Positions 1 through 12,353 of a stretch of 64,000 bases of DNA are shown in pieces. Within the stretch, counting starts at the first letter, position 1. Each line of letters begins with the position of its first letter. The stretch is from Phoronis australis. Lineage: Eukaryota > Animalia > Phoronida. Location of the stretch: positions 30,641 through 94,640 of the forward strand of contig NMRA01000589.1 in the NCBI GenBank assembly GCA_002633005.1. The letters run 5' to 3'. The translations under genes were made by a program, and so were the position numbers. The notes under the pieces were generated by a model, which made no database searches, was not told the DNA's origin, and saw nothing but the letters and a program-made list of their open reading frames with translations.

Positions 1-399
1 TGATGAGTTCTTCATTTTCTTAGATCTGCCCAGTCAGATAGAACTGCGTTTCAAGTCATTCACTATAGGCACTCGAGGGTTCAAATTGGAAGCTCGCGCC
101 GTATGACGTCGTATGACGTAGACGATGCGAGCCTCATTTGCATATATTAGTGACATCTGTTGGTTCAAAAAAGAGGATCGTGCCCGAGTACATGCCTGGG
201 AAGAGGCATCTTTTGGAAGGGTAAAACAAGTCATGTTCAAAGCATCCCAGTGCCATTAATATGAAGTCTTTGGGGACAAAAGTGGTGTCATTTTATAGCT
301 AAAGAGTTAAGCTTTCAAACACAATGCTTGGATTCCAGACTACTTTAACATTTACTTTTGAAATCACCTTTGAAAATACGTTAAAATGCGCTAAAACAG

Positions 400-560
400 T
401 TGTCCCTTCCTGGTTATCTCTTCCTGATAAAAGCAATGTTATTTATAAGGTTGAATGTGACAACTGTAAGGAATTCTACCTTGGACTCACACAGAGATGC
501 CTCTGTGACAGGCTGAAAGAACATAACATCTCCGACAAAAGTAACATCTATAGGCATTGT
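400..560 (+). mobile_element. Penelope-like element GIY-YIG endonuclease remnant
   Basis: The translation SNVIYKVECDNCKEFYLGLTQRCLCDRLKEH...SNIYRH fits the Penelope GIY-YIG pattern (VIY-x-CxxC-YIG-T-R-L-R-EH). There is no adjacent RT, so it is a fragment. Confidence 0.75.
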
Positions 561-1346
561 CTACCAAGCATGAGCTGTCTTACATCTCTTGTGGTGTTTA
601 TTAATTGCCCATCTTACCAGACATTACCATTTTTATGTTATTTACCTGTATTCATTATATTGTAATTGTACTAGTCATAATAAATGACCTATCGCCTACC
701 TCCATCTCTTTTTCATGTCTCGTAACGAGCTTGCAAATTCGGTATATCAAAGAGTAAACAAAAACATTTCGCATAAAATGAAAGTATTGATCCTATTGCT
801 TTTCAATTTTGAATTGATATTCGCTCTGATGACCCTAATACCTTAATTCACAATATTTTTGTTCTAAATATTAATGGATCATGAGCACTAGAGGAGACCA
901 ATCTTGGATGCTACTTTACAAAAGCCACGAAATGATGCACAAAATATTGACAAACAGAGGGGGAAAATGGAGCAATCATTGTCATATTGCGAGATGTGTC
1001 AACTAGTACAAAATTCACTGAACAGATCATTTAAAATATCTGGGCAACCTTTTGATATAAGTGTCATCATATTTCACAATGTTCTATTTCTTCTGATCAC
1101 AACACGAATATAACTATTTCTTTCAATGAAAATTACTCAGAAATTCAGAAAAGCACAATCTTTAATCTACACTGCTTTGGTGAGGAATTTTTTTCAAAAC
1201 AATCCTTTTTGTAAGGATGTCATTGCAGACATGATTTTTGCTCATTTGAACCAGGCTTTCTGCAACGTGCCTTTACTGGTAATTCTGTCCCCTGTGGCAT
1301 GTGAACAAGCTTACGGCCAAATCCCTGTTTACGGCAATATGGGTAT

Positions 1347-2776
1347 TAGCCCCACCCAAAAACATGCCCATGGCTGTATTTCCGTTTTGAAAATGCGATG
1401 AATTGACATTCTAAAATTGTGTATAATGCATGTTCTGAGATGTAAAACTTATTTTGGCCAGATAACTTTTTCTGATAGTTTTTTTATCCATTCAAATCAT
1501 ACATCACTTAACGAGATCAAAATACTAAGTTCAGATCTCCTTTGGAACCAAAGAACTGTACCTTGGTGTGGTAAGTGTAACTTAGTAATTATCATCACTC
1601 ATCACTTAAATGGAACCCGGTAATATACATAGTCTCATTTGACCAGATATTGGGAGACTTTGTACTGCACCAAAGGAAGTTTTAATGCACTGTGTTTGAT
1701 GAAAGCAAAGTATACAAATAAAATTCATACTAGTGAGATACAATTTGAAATGACTTACCGGTATTCAAATTAGAAGAAAACTTCACGGCATTTAGACCAA
1801 TTGCGTTTTTTAAAAATGGCACAAATGTTTGATGTACAAGCTAAAAGTTGATTCTTTATCAGTGTAACAAAGGACTGTTTTGAGGACCACTCGCATTCAT
1901 AGAAGGGCTATTAACTTTCACAAATGCTGAAAACAGTTTTGAGAGAATAATGAAAATTACTTGGTTTCAAACTGTAAAATGTTCGACAGTTTCCAAAAGT
2001 ACACACCGGCGGGGCCAAAAATACAGCCGGGCATATATTTGACGTCATTGGATGTATTTGAAAGGTCGTTTTCTAAATATATGCCATTCTGCGAATATAC
2101 GTCACTAAATCTCAGCACGCTAAATCATGCAGCAATATTTCGGGCATGCTGGTCTACCTTGGAAAAGGACTCAATTTGTCATCATCTAAACTCAGTATGT
2201 CACTGTATTATTACAAAAGTGTAACTTTACATAGTATATTTAACTCGTTTCCTGTAGACATCTGGCTAGTCTCGATTCGATGGAGTTCCGGCAACTTCAC
2301 ATAATAGGATTGCAAGTCTACCTTTCCATCATTCTAAGGATGACCACAGCCATTGTCAGTCAAAAACATTTAATTTATTGTGCCGTGCGTGAGTTTCGCC
2401 TCATATTTGACTTATTAATCGGATGAAATTATTTAGTGAGATCACACACTCACACATAAACACACGTGGCATGCCACTCTGGCCAGAATTTCCGAGGTGC
2501 TCAGTTTCAGACATCCATTTCAAGCACAACTGTTCAACAAAATGGGGTTCAACAAATCAAACAATTATACTTTTTTTGACTGCATCAAAAGCATAATGCT
2601 CCAGCGAGTTCAGACAAAATTTGCGATGAAACATCGAATCTACTTCATGTACCATCCACTGTAACCGGGTGTACCATAAACATTTGAGTAAATGCCCCAT
2701 GTGCTTACATTGACAAACGAGTTTAAATTAGAAATAGGAGGGCGGGCGCTATCTGAACAAGGATGCTTTACCTGAG
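1347..2776. repeat. ~1.43-kb direct repeat, copy 1
   Basis: Aligns colinearly with 9170-10830 from TAGCCCCACCCAAAAACATGCCC to TGCTTTACCTGAG, with scattered substitutions and small indels. Confidence 0.95.
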
Positions 2777-5154
2777 TGAAAATACTATTGCTTAGTCTCG
2801 GTGCATTTCCCATTGTCACTGGCCAATCAAATTTGAGCACATCTCATTGGCCTGATACGGGTTTCGTTGGCTGACCCAATATTTATGGTTACACCCTGTG
2901 AAAAACTACTTTAGCAGTAGTGCACGTTTGCAGTTTTTGGGGGAGCAATTCCAGGATTTTGCATTGCCAGTGTCATCTGTGATTTCCATTGTGGTTGTCA
3001 TGCACATTGTACATACTTCGTCATGTCGTCTGTCGCGCAAAGGCCTACAAGACTTTATTTTTTTTACAAACTGAGAGATGATCTAGATAGGGTGGGACAT
3101 TGACACTAAGCACAAGTATAAGCCAGCTCTACATTCGAATCATGGTGATAATGCCACCGTCAACGAAATGCAAATACCTGTAAAATGAACAGTGGACCTT
3201 TCAAAGTACCGAATTTTTGCCAACAATATCTGATATAGGCATCTTTACAATTTGCTCCAAACTTGATAATAAAAGGTTTTTAACAGGAAGAATAAATTTG
3301 TGACAATTCTGAAAAATGAATAGTTGTTAATGTTTGACAATACAGATGACATCTTATTAGAAATATTGGTTTCATCACTTTTCCGTCCAAGTAATCAGTT
3401 TGGATACTCGACCCTGAGAAGCAGTAAGACCACAAAATCCTGCAATATGCATGATTTTAATGTTATCTCAAACCTTATTTAGTAGCTTCCATTCCAACTC
3501 GTATATCAAAAAATCTAGTAAAACTATATTTTCTGAAGGAAAAATTCAGGGAATAATTAAAAAGATTTTTCCTATTTATGTTATCATCATTATCACTACA
3601 TCTTTTTAAAGTCAAAATTTCATTTTTAAGAAGGTATATTCGTAGCAAAATAATCCCTATGTCGATTTTAATGAAATATATTTTAAAGGAAACTTCTCTT
3701 TTCAATTACTCTTTTTGTTTGGTTGAATTACTAAGTAATAATGACCTAAATGAAACAGTCTCAGTCACTCTACAATTGTACTTGATAAAAATACCCCATC
3801 TGCGACAAAAACAATGTAAGAGCAACGCCAACTCTTCAAATGCACCCATGGTAGAAACGCAAACTAGATGTCAGTAGCTTTTAAGACGGCGCTTATTTAT
3901 CGTCCAGTGGTGATTCACTACTTTCTTTCAGGAGTAGCACGCTAATTAGAAAACTTGCTATTCGGTAATCACCTGGTGATGAAACACATGTTGGCAGGAT
4001 TAACAAGCTTCAAAATGAATGAGAAAACCATAGCAACAGATCAGGTGGGTCAGAGGGTGGGACCTGAATTTAAGTTTCAGACAATCAAAATCAGTCACTG
4101 TTGTGGCACATCTAGCTAAAAAATAAAATCAAAAGATAATGCTATCTGGCAGGAAACAAAACAAAGTAGACTGGAGTATTGAAAATAAAATGATGAAAAC
4201 AATTCTGAAATGTATTTAACACCAATGGTCCACTGGGAAATGGCCCTTTGTCAAGATGAACCCAAGTTTCTGTTTTTAAGTTATTTTTTAATTAATCTAA
4301 AATGGTGTCAACATTTCAGGCTGTGAACTCAGAGCAAATGTGAAAGAAAATCAATTTCAGAGTAATAACAACCACCACTGTTGAGAAAGCAGTCAGTACT
4401 AGAGATTACTTTTCCACTTCATTAGCTTGAACACAAAAGACAAGCTGAATACCTGAACATTATAAAGTTGTCTGGGGCAGAGGGAATCCCAGTGCTGTGA
4501 CCAGTTTAAGCAAGACATTCTCCACATGTGCAAATTTAGCTCTTTGTATCACATAAAATTACAGTGTGTATATGTTGTGCATTTATTTCTTCCTATGGTG
4601 GCATACTGGCAGCAGCCTGTCCCACATTTGTACGGTATGTCACCACGATGCTTGAAAAATGGATACGTAATGTAACTTTGTAGATTTTGTATTCTTACAA
4701 CATCTCCACTCAGGTGAAGTAATTAAAGCATGCAGTCAAGCTTGCTAAAAGACTTTCATAGTGTCAAGTCTGATTGGTATACCGGTATGAGTTTACTTGC
4801 TTAATTAAGAATGAAGTTGGTTGACTTTTCAAAAGCAAAGTTGTTAATGAGTACTGGACAACTCTACTACCAAGTGGCTTGGGTTCCAGTTACATGGGTG
4901 CTCCAACTGGAGTTACCTCCCTTGAGAGTCCCTGTGTTAAGTCCGGGTTTTTCCAAGAAGTGAGCATATGTAACATGGTAAGACACAGATGGGTTTGAAA
5001 ACTGAATCTCCAAAATATACTAGTAAGTTTTACATAGCATCTGAGAGGTTGGGCCAAAGATAAAACTAACTTAATATCAATATTTGCTTTGTGCTATATT
5101 TACCGGTACATCGGACATGAAGAAGAGCATACAGTTAGGAGTAATGGGTAAAGA

Positions 5155-6281
5155 TTGGTAATGCCATGTTTAAACTGCTACATGGTTGGTAGAGGGTTCC
5201 GCAAGGCTCGGTCTTGGCACCTTTGTTATTCAACATATTTATCAATGATATTTTCTATGCACTGCATGACAAATGTAGCCTGTTCAAATATGCAGATGAC
5301 TATACAATTGATTGTGTTGATCACTGTGCAGTCTGGACAATGTTGGAAGGGACTTAAATAATGCACTGGACTATAAGAATTTGAATTAAATCACATGTCT
5401 GACAACAAAGATAAATTTAAGGAAGCATCACTTGCTTGACAGGATCTTTGTGAACCTGATGTTTCTTTATCACTTTATGATGGTGATGACCTCATTCCAT
5501 GAGTGAATTCTGAAAAATTCAATGGTTTTGTAGGCTAACATTACATGAACATGTTGGTGACCTAGTATGTGCCAAGGCAATCAAACATATATACTGATAT
5601 GAGTTAAAACCAAATTATGCTTTTGTGAGATCATATTTCAATTACTGTCCACTTGTTTGGCATGTAAGCAGCATTAATGCCGTGCAGAAAAAGAGAAAGA
5701 AAAGATTCAGTTTCTTACCATTAAGTGTTTAATAAACTAAGGTTCTTGTATGCTTTCCTAAAGGCAAACTCTGTTTGATTCTTAGCTCACTGAATGTCAG
5801 CCCAAGTCCTCTAGGATACTTTGCACTCTAGAACTACTCCCAGTTTGCACTGCAGCAATCATCCTTAAACGTTCCGGTAAATATGCCTTGCATGTCCACA
5901 TAGTTCGTTCAGTTATTGATGGCTTGAACTCCACACACAATAGAGTTATTTCTCTGCGGAACAAATTGCCTGAATCAATTAGATGCTGCAACAACTTCAC
6001 AAAAATTTAAGTACATGGCTTCGCTTCTTCTAAGTGAAGACTGTGAGTCCCAGAACCGTATTCGATGTTGTGTTATGTATTTTGCCTTGTGTGGACTACT
6101 CATGGTTGTAATTCACAAAACTACGTACATGTTTTCTCAGTGAATATTCTTCTATTCCTCTCTGTAAATAATTTTCTGGACACATGAATTTTTTTATCAG
6201 CAACTAGCGCTTGTGATAATTAGTGTTTGTTGTCTCTACCCAAACAATTTAAAATAATTGTTTTACTTACTTACTTACTTG
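5155..6281 (+). mobile_element. Decayed, 5'-truncated LINE (L2/Crack/CR1-type RT and 3' tail)
   Basis: RT motifs RVPQGSVLAPLLFNIFINDIF...KYADD start at ~5193, FVRSYFNYCPLVWH is at ~5620 and NKLPESIRCCNNF at ~5960. Many stops and frameshifts. It ends in a (TTAC)n tail at ~6262-6281. Confidence 0.85.
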
Positions 6282-7126
6282 AATATTTAGGCAGTAGTGC
6301 CTCTCTGGTGCAGAGTTCGTCAAAAACGATATGACAATAAGAAGTTATCTAACAATTAATGTCGTATTGTTTGTTATTTATTTTATTGATGTTTGCTTTG
6401 GGAGGTAAGAGCGTCCATAAATTAAATGGCCAACCAATTTTCAAAATCTTTTGACCATGTAAAACATTCATTCAAGACATTGAAATTGTAATTTTGTGAA
6501 ATTAGCATTGTTAATTTTAGATCATTTCTCTACTTTCCATACAAAAGCCAATGACAGCAACAGTGCAAGGTGTGACTTTGATAGAATCAATGTAATGAAA
6601 ACTTACAGCTAGGCTGATCAAATTCAATTTCATGAAACAGGACATGAAAGGGCCACAACAGTGGATTAGCATCTGGACTCTGTTAACTTATTTAAGTACA
6701 ACAACAACTAACAGTTCTTCTCTTGGCTGGGTAGATTTCCGCCAAACTAGGTCCACGTGTTTCTGTAGACAACAGACATTAATACAGCAATCATTTTAAG
6801 TAGTCTTAATTCTTTAGTAGCTATAAAATCTTTTAAAAATGCATAGAAGCAATGAATCAAAATTATCCTGTAGTTTGCCATTTGCAATTGCATCAATGCC
6901 AGTGGCCGATGAATTGAATGGTCGTTAATAAAGTTACTTAATTGAAACTAGGTGAACATTAAAAAGGAATATTCTTGGGTAGAGACAACCACAACACTAT
7001 GTAGCAAAGATCCCTATCCTTTAAGCAAATTCTGTATCATTCATATTTCAGAATTGATTACTCCAAGCCATAAAGCAGGAAATGGAACATCAAGTCTTTG
7101 TACAGTACTAGCAACAAGAGTCAAAT

Positions 7127-8527
7127 ATGAGTACAGGAGGTTACACCATAATCAGCATGAATGCCAACGGTGATGAAGGCAATGTGGTGGACAGATATGA
7201 CTCCATTTTTGAATTACTGAAATCCAGGCAGCCCGACTTGGTGTTTCTACAAGAGTTATCCAGTTTCAACAAGTTAGATGACTACCTCTGTGACAGGGCT
7301 GACAAGTTAAAACCAGGATCATTCTGTCTATCAGAAGGAGTGAAAGACAACGCAGGAGGTTACACTGGGTTTATATTCAACGAGAACAGTCTAACCCTTG
7401 AATCACATGACTTCCGCAGAACATATCTCCAGCTAACCGACAGCGGACATCTAACACACATTGGAGAATTTCCAACCAGACTGTTCATCAGAAGGTTGTT
7501 TTCAAAGGGCAAGCCAGATCTAAAGCTTCTTGTTGCTACATACCATGGAAGGCAGAAGCTGGACCCAGCTGAGAAAGAAAGCGTCTTCAGGCAACTTCTC
7601 ACACTACTGGAAAGAGAAAGTAGAATCGTGCGATTGAATCTACTTGTGGGGGGTGACTTTAACTTTATATGGATCAACGCACAAGATATTTTGGACAAAG
7701 ACTTCCCAAAGTATCATCTCTATACTGAGCAGCCCACCGAAAGAAAGAAGGCAATGGTGGATTATTTTCTGTATAAAGGATCAAGGAGTGATGTTGACAA
7801 TGTAGAGGTTGGACCTAAACACTTCTGCTTTGATCACAGACCCTTGTTTGCGGTTTTCAATCAGACCGCACAAGAGAACCCTGGAACTAGAAGGAGTACC
7901 TTGAACACAAATCAGAACAATAGCAGTAACCAAAAATGTAACCAGGTGGATGTCATCACCTCCACTGTAGCAAGTTCATCAGCACATAAGGGCAGACAGG
8001 AAGATGCTGGGGCAAGCAGTGCGGAATACAGGCGTGCCATTCCAACCAAACAAAATTCTAACTTTACGTCCAGCTCCGACAAAGACATCACCTGCCAGGA
8101 ATGTCGTCGTGTGTGCAAGAACAAAATGGGTTTAAAATTACACATGGGCATACATCAGGATAGGCAACAAAATCAACCAATGAATATCACTGCCAACCAA
8201 ACATCACAGCGTGCCAGTCCTAAACCCCAAAGCTACCTCTCTCCCACCACAAAGGCCAAGGATGCCGACCCTACACTCCAATACATTCCTCCCGACACAT
8301 CACACTCCAAGCATACCAGTCAAAAACCCCACTGCAGCACCCCTAAAACCCCAAATTCAAAAAACAGTGGTCTTAAAACTGCACAAAGCTCACCTATCAC
8401 TCCAAATTCCAAGCATACCGCTTCTAATCCTCGATTCCTGCTCTGCAATAAATGTGGTCTTAAATGCAAGACTAAAGTTTCTCTTGACTCACACAGGTGC
8501 TCGCCCACCAAGTCGGCCAAGTTGTAA
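7127..8527 (+). CDS. Intronless EEP (APE/DNase I-like) nuclease-domain protein with a disordered C-terminal half and two zinc-finger motifs
   Basis: 466-aa ORF with the EEP motifs in order: ISMNANG, PDLVFLQE, TYHG, LLVGGDFN, MVDYFL, FDHRPL. Then an S/T/N/Q/P-rich region with CQECRRVCKNKMGLKLHMGIH and CNKCGLKCKTKVSLDSHRC. A putative splice acceptor (catatttcag) ends at 7051, and AATAAA occurs at 8528 and 8629. Confidence 0.85.
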   Translation: MSTGGYTIISMNANGDEGNVVDRYDSIFELLKSRQPDLVFLQELSSFNKLDDYLCDRADKLKPGSFCLSEGVKDNAGGYTGFIFNENSLTLESHDFRRTYLQLTDSGHLTHIGEFPTRLFIRRLFSKGKPDLKLLVATYHGRQKLDPAEKESVFRQLLTLLERESRIVRLNLLVGGDFNFIWINAQDILDKDFPKYHLYTEQPTERKKAMVDYFLYKGSRSDVDNVEVGPKHFCFDHRPLFAVFNQTAQENPGTRRSTLNTNQNNSSNQKCNQVDVITSTVASSSAHKGRQEDAGASSAEYRRAIPTKQNSNFTSSSDKDITCQECRRVCKNKMGLKLHMGIHQDRQQNQPMNITANQTSQRASPKPQSYLSPTTKAKDADPTLQYIPPDTSHSKHTSQKPHCSTPKTPNSKNSGLKTAQSSPITPNSKHTASNPRFLLCNKCGLKCKTKVSLDSHRCSPTKSAKL

Positions 8528-9169
8528 AATAAAGAATTCCTGCACGGAATCCACGATGCAGCAATTCTTCACATATTTAGCACACAACATGGCTGATGAG
8601 CGGAATTTATTTTATTAAAATTCTCAAAAATAAAGATTCAATTTTTTAGTATATTACTAGCATGGTTTGTATTGTGTCGATGTCACAAAACAACATTTGG
8701 TAAAGTTTCCACTATTTGTAATAAAGCTTAAACACCCTTTGAAAAATAGAAAATGCCAATTTTGGTAATTGTTTTGTGCAAAATAAGTGGAGAATTATTG
8801 TAAATTTCACAAGTAGTAATGTTTATCATTTGCTCATGAGACAATAACTGGACATTCATAATTCATGTTGCTTGAAAATCAATTGTGATGTTATGTTAGA
8901 AAAGCAGTTCCTCTTAAACTTGCTTTTGACAGATCGATTTATTTTGTATTTTGTTTTTAAATAAAACAATATTAAGTATCAAATGTTTTTGATTATGGGA
9001 TAAAAGTTTATACCATTTGGGCGAGAAGAAACTGTGCTGAAAAGTATGAAAAAGGACACATTTTCCCAATTTCTGCAGGCTAATTTTGAAACAAGATTGT
9101 TACAACTCTGAATATTGCCAAACAGAGCTACTGATTGGCCAAAGGGATCTTATTGCGAATTTTTGAAAA

Positions 9170-10830
9170 TAGCCCCACCCAAAAACATGCCCATGGCTGT
9201 ATTTTCGTTGAAAATGCAATTGACATTCTAAAATTGTGTATTGCATGTTCTGAAATTTATTTTGGCAAGATTAAACTTTTTCTGATTTTTTTATCCATTT
9301 AAATCATACATCACTTAACCAGATCAAAACACTAAGTTCAGGAGCCTGTTCCAACAAAACTGCCTTAGCTAAGATATATCTTAAATTTTGGTAAACTTTG
9401 AATTAAATGTTGAATTTGTCTCAAAACCAATTGAAGAGATCTTAAATTTGACTTAAAGTGTTTGACAAGTTTTGTCTTAATTGTGACTACCTTGCCGAAT
9501 GTGGAAGTTTCAAAGTTTGGAAGTTAAGACAAATCTTAAACTTAAGTCAAAAATGAACTTCAGGCAGTTTCTTGGAAGAGGCCCCACATCTCCTTTGGAA
9601 CCACAGAACTGTACCTTGGTGTGGTAAGTGTAACTTAATAATTATCATCACTCATCACTTAAATGGAACCCGGTAACATACATAGTCTCATTTGCCCAGA
9701 TATTGCGAGACTTTGTACTGCACGAAGGGAAGTTTTAATGCACTGTAGTGTTTGATGAAAGCAAAGTATACAAATAAAATTCATACTAGTGAGATACAAT
9801 TTGAAATGACTTACCGGTATTTAAATTAGAAGAAAACTTCATGGCATTTAGACCAATTGCGTTTTTTAAAAACGGCACAAATGCTTGATGTACAAGCTTA
9901 AAGTTGATTCTTTATCAGTGTAACAAAGGACTGTTTTGAGGACCACTCGCATTCATAGAAGGGCTATTAACTTTCACAAATGCTAAAAACAGTTCAGAGA
10001 GAATAATGAAAATTACTTGGTTTCAAACTGTAAAATGCTCGACAGTTTCCAAAAGTACACACTGGCGGGGCCAAAAATACACCCGGGCGTATATTTGATG
10101 TCATTGGATGTATTTGAAAGGTCGTTTTCTAAATATATGCCATTCTGCGAGTATACGTCACTAAATCTCAGCACGCTAAATCATGCAGCAACATTTCGGG
10201 CATGCTGGTCTATCTTGGAAAAGGACTCAATTTGTCATCATCTAAACTCTCAGTATGTCACTGTATTATTACAAAAGTGTAATTTTACATAGTATATTTA
10301 ACTCGTTTCCTGTAGATATCTGACTAGTCTCGATTCGATGGAGTTCCGGTAACTTCACATCATAGGATTGCAAGTCTACCTACCCGTCATTCTAAGGATG
10401 ACCACAGCCATTGCCAGTCAAAAACATTTAATTTATTGTGTCGTGCATGAGAGTCGGCTGATATTTGACTCATTAATCGGATGAAATTATTTAGTGAGAC
10501 CACACAGTCACACACAAACATACGTGGCGCGCCACTCTGGCCAGAATTTCAGAGGTGCTCAGTTTCAGACATCCATTTCAAGCACAACTGTTCAACAAAA
10601 AGGGGTTCAACAAATCAAACAATTATACTTTTTTGACTGCATCAAAAGCATCATGCTCCAGCGAGTTCAGACCAAATTTGCGATGAAACAAATCTACTTC
10701 ATGTACCATCCACTGTAACCGGGTGTACCATAAACATTTGAGTAAATGCCCCATGTGCTTACATTGACAAACCAGTTTGAATTAGAAATTGGAGGGTGGG
10801 CGCTATCTGAACAAGGGTGCTTTACCTGAG
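9170..10830. repeat. ~1.43-kb direct repeat, copy 2 (carries a MITE insertion)
   Basis: Colinear with 1347-2776 apart from the 9342-9584 insertion. Confidence 0.95.
9342..9584. mobile_element. MITE, PIF/Harbinger-like (family 1)
   Basis: Imperfect TIRs GAGCCTGTTCCAACAAAACTGCCT / AGGCAGTTTCTTGGAAGAGGCCC, flanked by CAG...CAC. The empty site in repeat copy 1 reads TTCAGATCTCC. A second copy lies in the opposite orientation at 47886-48135. Confidence 0.85.
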
Positions 10831-12353
10831 CCAGACAGTCATCCTGGATACCTATGATCTTCGACACTAAATCCACGCACTCTGAGTTCAAAGACTTTGA
10901 CACAAGACTAATCTCCGAAATAAGTTAAAAGTCACTTTTACACAACAAATGTTTGACATGGAAGGAGTTGCCATGACATGAGTCGGTGCTGTTTATACAA
11001 CATACAAGTAATCAAGGAACTGCATCAGTACCCAGGCCAGTCACATATAGAACGAGGTACTAGTGCAATAATGGCAAAACCCCAAACCATGTAGAATTCC
11101 AGCTGCATCATGACGGCGAGTAAAGAACAGACGAAGCAATGTTTGGCAAATTACTTTCAGCGTCAGGAATGCGAGCGAAATGAATGCATGCTCCTTGACC
11201 TTCACTCTGATGTAAACAAACTACAGCATTTGGAACAGGTTATCACAGACATAACAGTTGCATTAGTGACCAAAATAAAGCTGAAACACAAGGCAGTCAA
11301 TGACAATTTTTAGAAATGGCGAGAAATGGTCATTCACATTTACGCCATGGTGTTATCTAGACGATCCTTTTGAGCTATCTTAGCCACCTATTTGAATTTA
11401 TAAGTAACAATTAAGACATACAGTTGGCAATTCACCTCGACTCAGTGGACATTAGGGACCACAGAGCTGAGAGATCAGCTAGACAGTTAATGCACAAGGC
11501 ATACTGATGACAAGAAACGAGATAAACAGGAGAAATTCAACAATTGACCCTGAAATCAGTCTGTCAGAAACATGTAACAAGACCGACAAGAGTTGTCACC
11601 CCGCTGATGTCAATTCGTTCTTAAACGCTATACTGTTTACAGACATACTTGCAAGCGATCATCTCGTTCTGCCAGCATAGTTCCGTGTCACCTAGCGCTC
11701 TACAACTGACAGGTTGTCACACTCACAGTGTTAGTAAGCACCTGGGAGTAATATATGTGATATTGGTCCTAGGTATAAGCACAAAACATGTAAATTATGC
11801 ACATTGTTAAAAAACTAAAACTAAGGCGGTTACACATGTAGTAATAGCCGAGATTAACCGAACCGGGAATCGAACCAGTGACCCCCATAAAACCGGCAAG
11901 CGTGCTAACCATTCAGCTAATAGGCAATTGCCCGTTAGCGAGTAGCTAACAGAGGCTCATGGGATTCACTGGAAGCAAATCTACAACATTCCCCCCTTTC
12001 CTACGGAACAGGCACCCCAAAAGGTGAACACCGGGATGTCTCGCATACACTCATTGACGTCCCTTGGTATCTTTACCACAACACAGATGAACACAAGGTA
12101 GTCTCTCATACAGGTCCTTGACTCCTGGAACCTTCCAACCCCGTCCGAGGTCCGTGGGTACTGAGTTGGCAGTGCTTCATCTGTATATCATCCGTTTGCC
12201 GACTACGCCATTTGTAGTAATAGCCAAGATTTCCCGACCCGGGGATCGAACCAGCGACCCCCATAAAACCGGCAAGCGTGCTAACCATTCAGCTAATAGG
12301 CAATTGCCCGTTAGCGAGTAGCTAACAGAGGCTCATATGTCATGGTAGCACAT

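Noticed and set aside
1961-2224. 87-aa ORF repeated at 10017-10292
   Set aside because: Its recurrence follows from the recent duplication. It has a non-ATG start, a frameshift between copies and no recognisable domain.
5155-8527. EEP ORF as the endonuclease of the adjacent LINE
   Set aside because: The order is wrong (the RT lies upstream of the EN), the LINE ends in its own (TTAC)n tail at ~6281, and it is heavily decayed while the ORF is intact.
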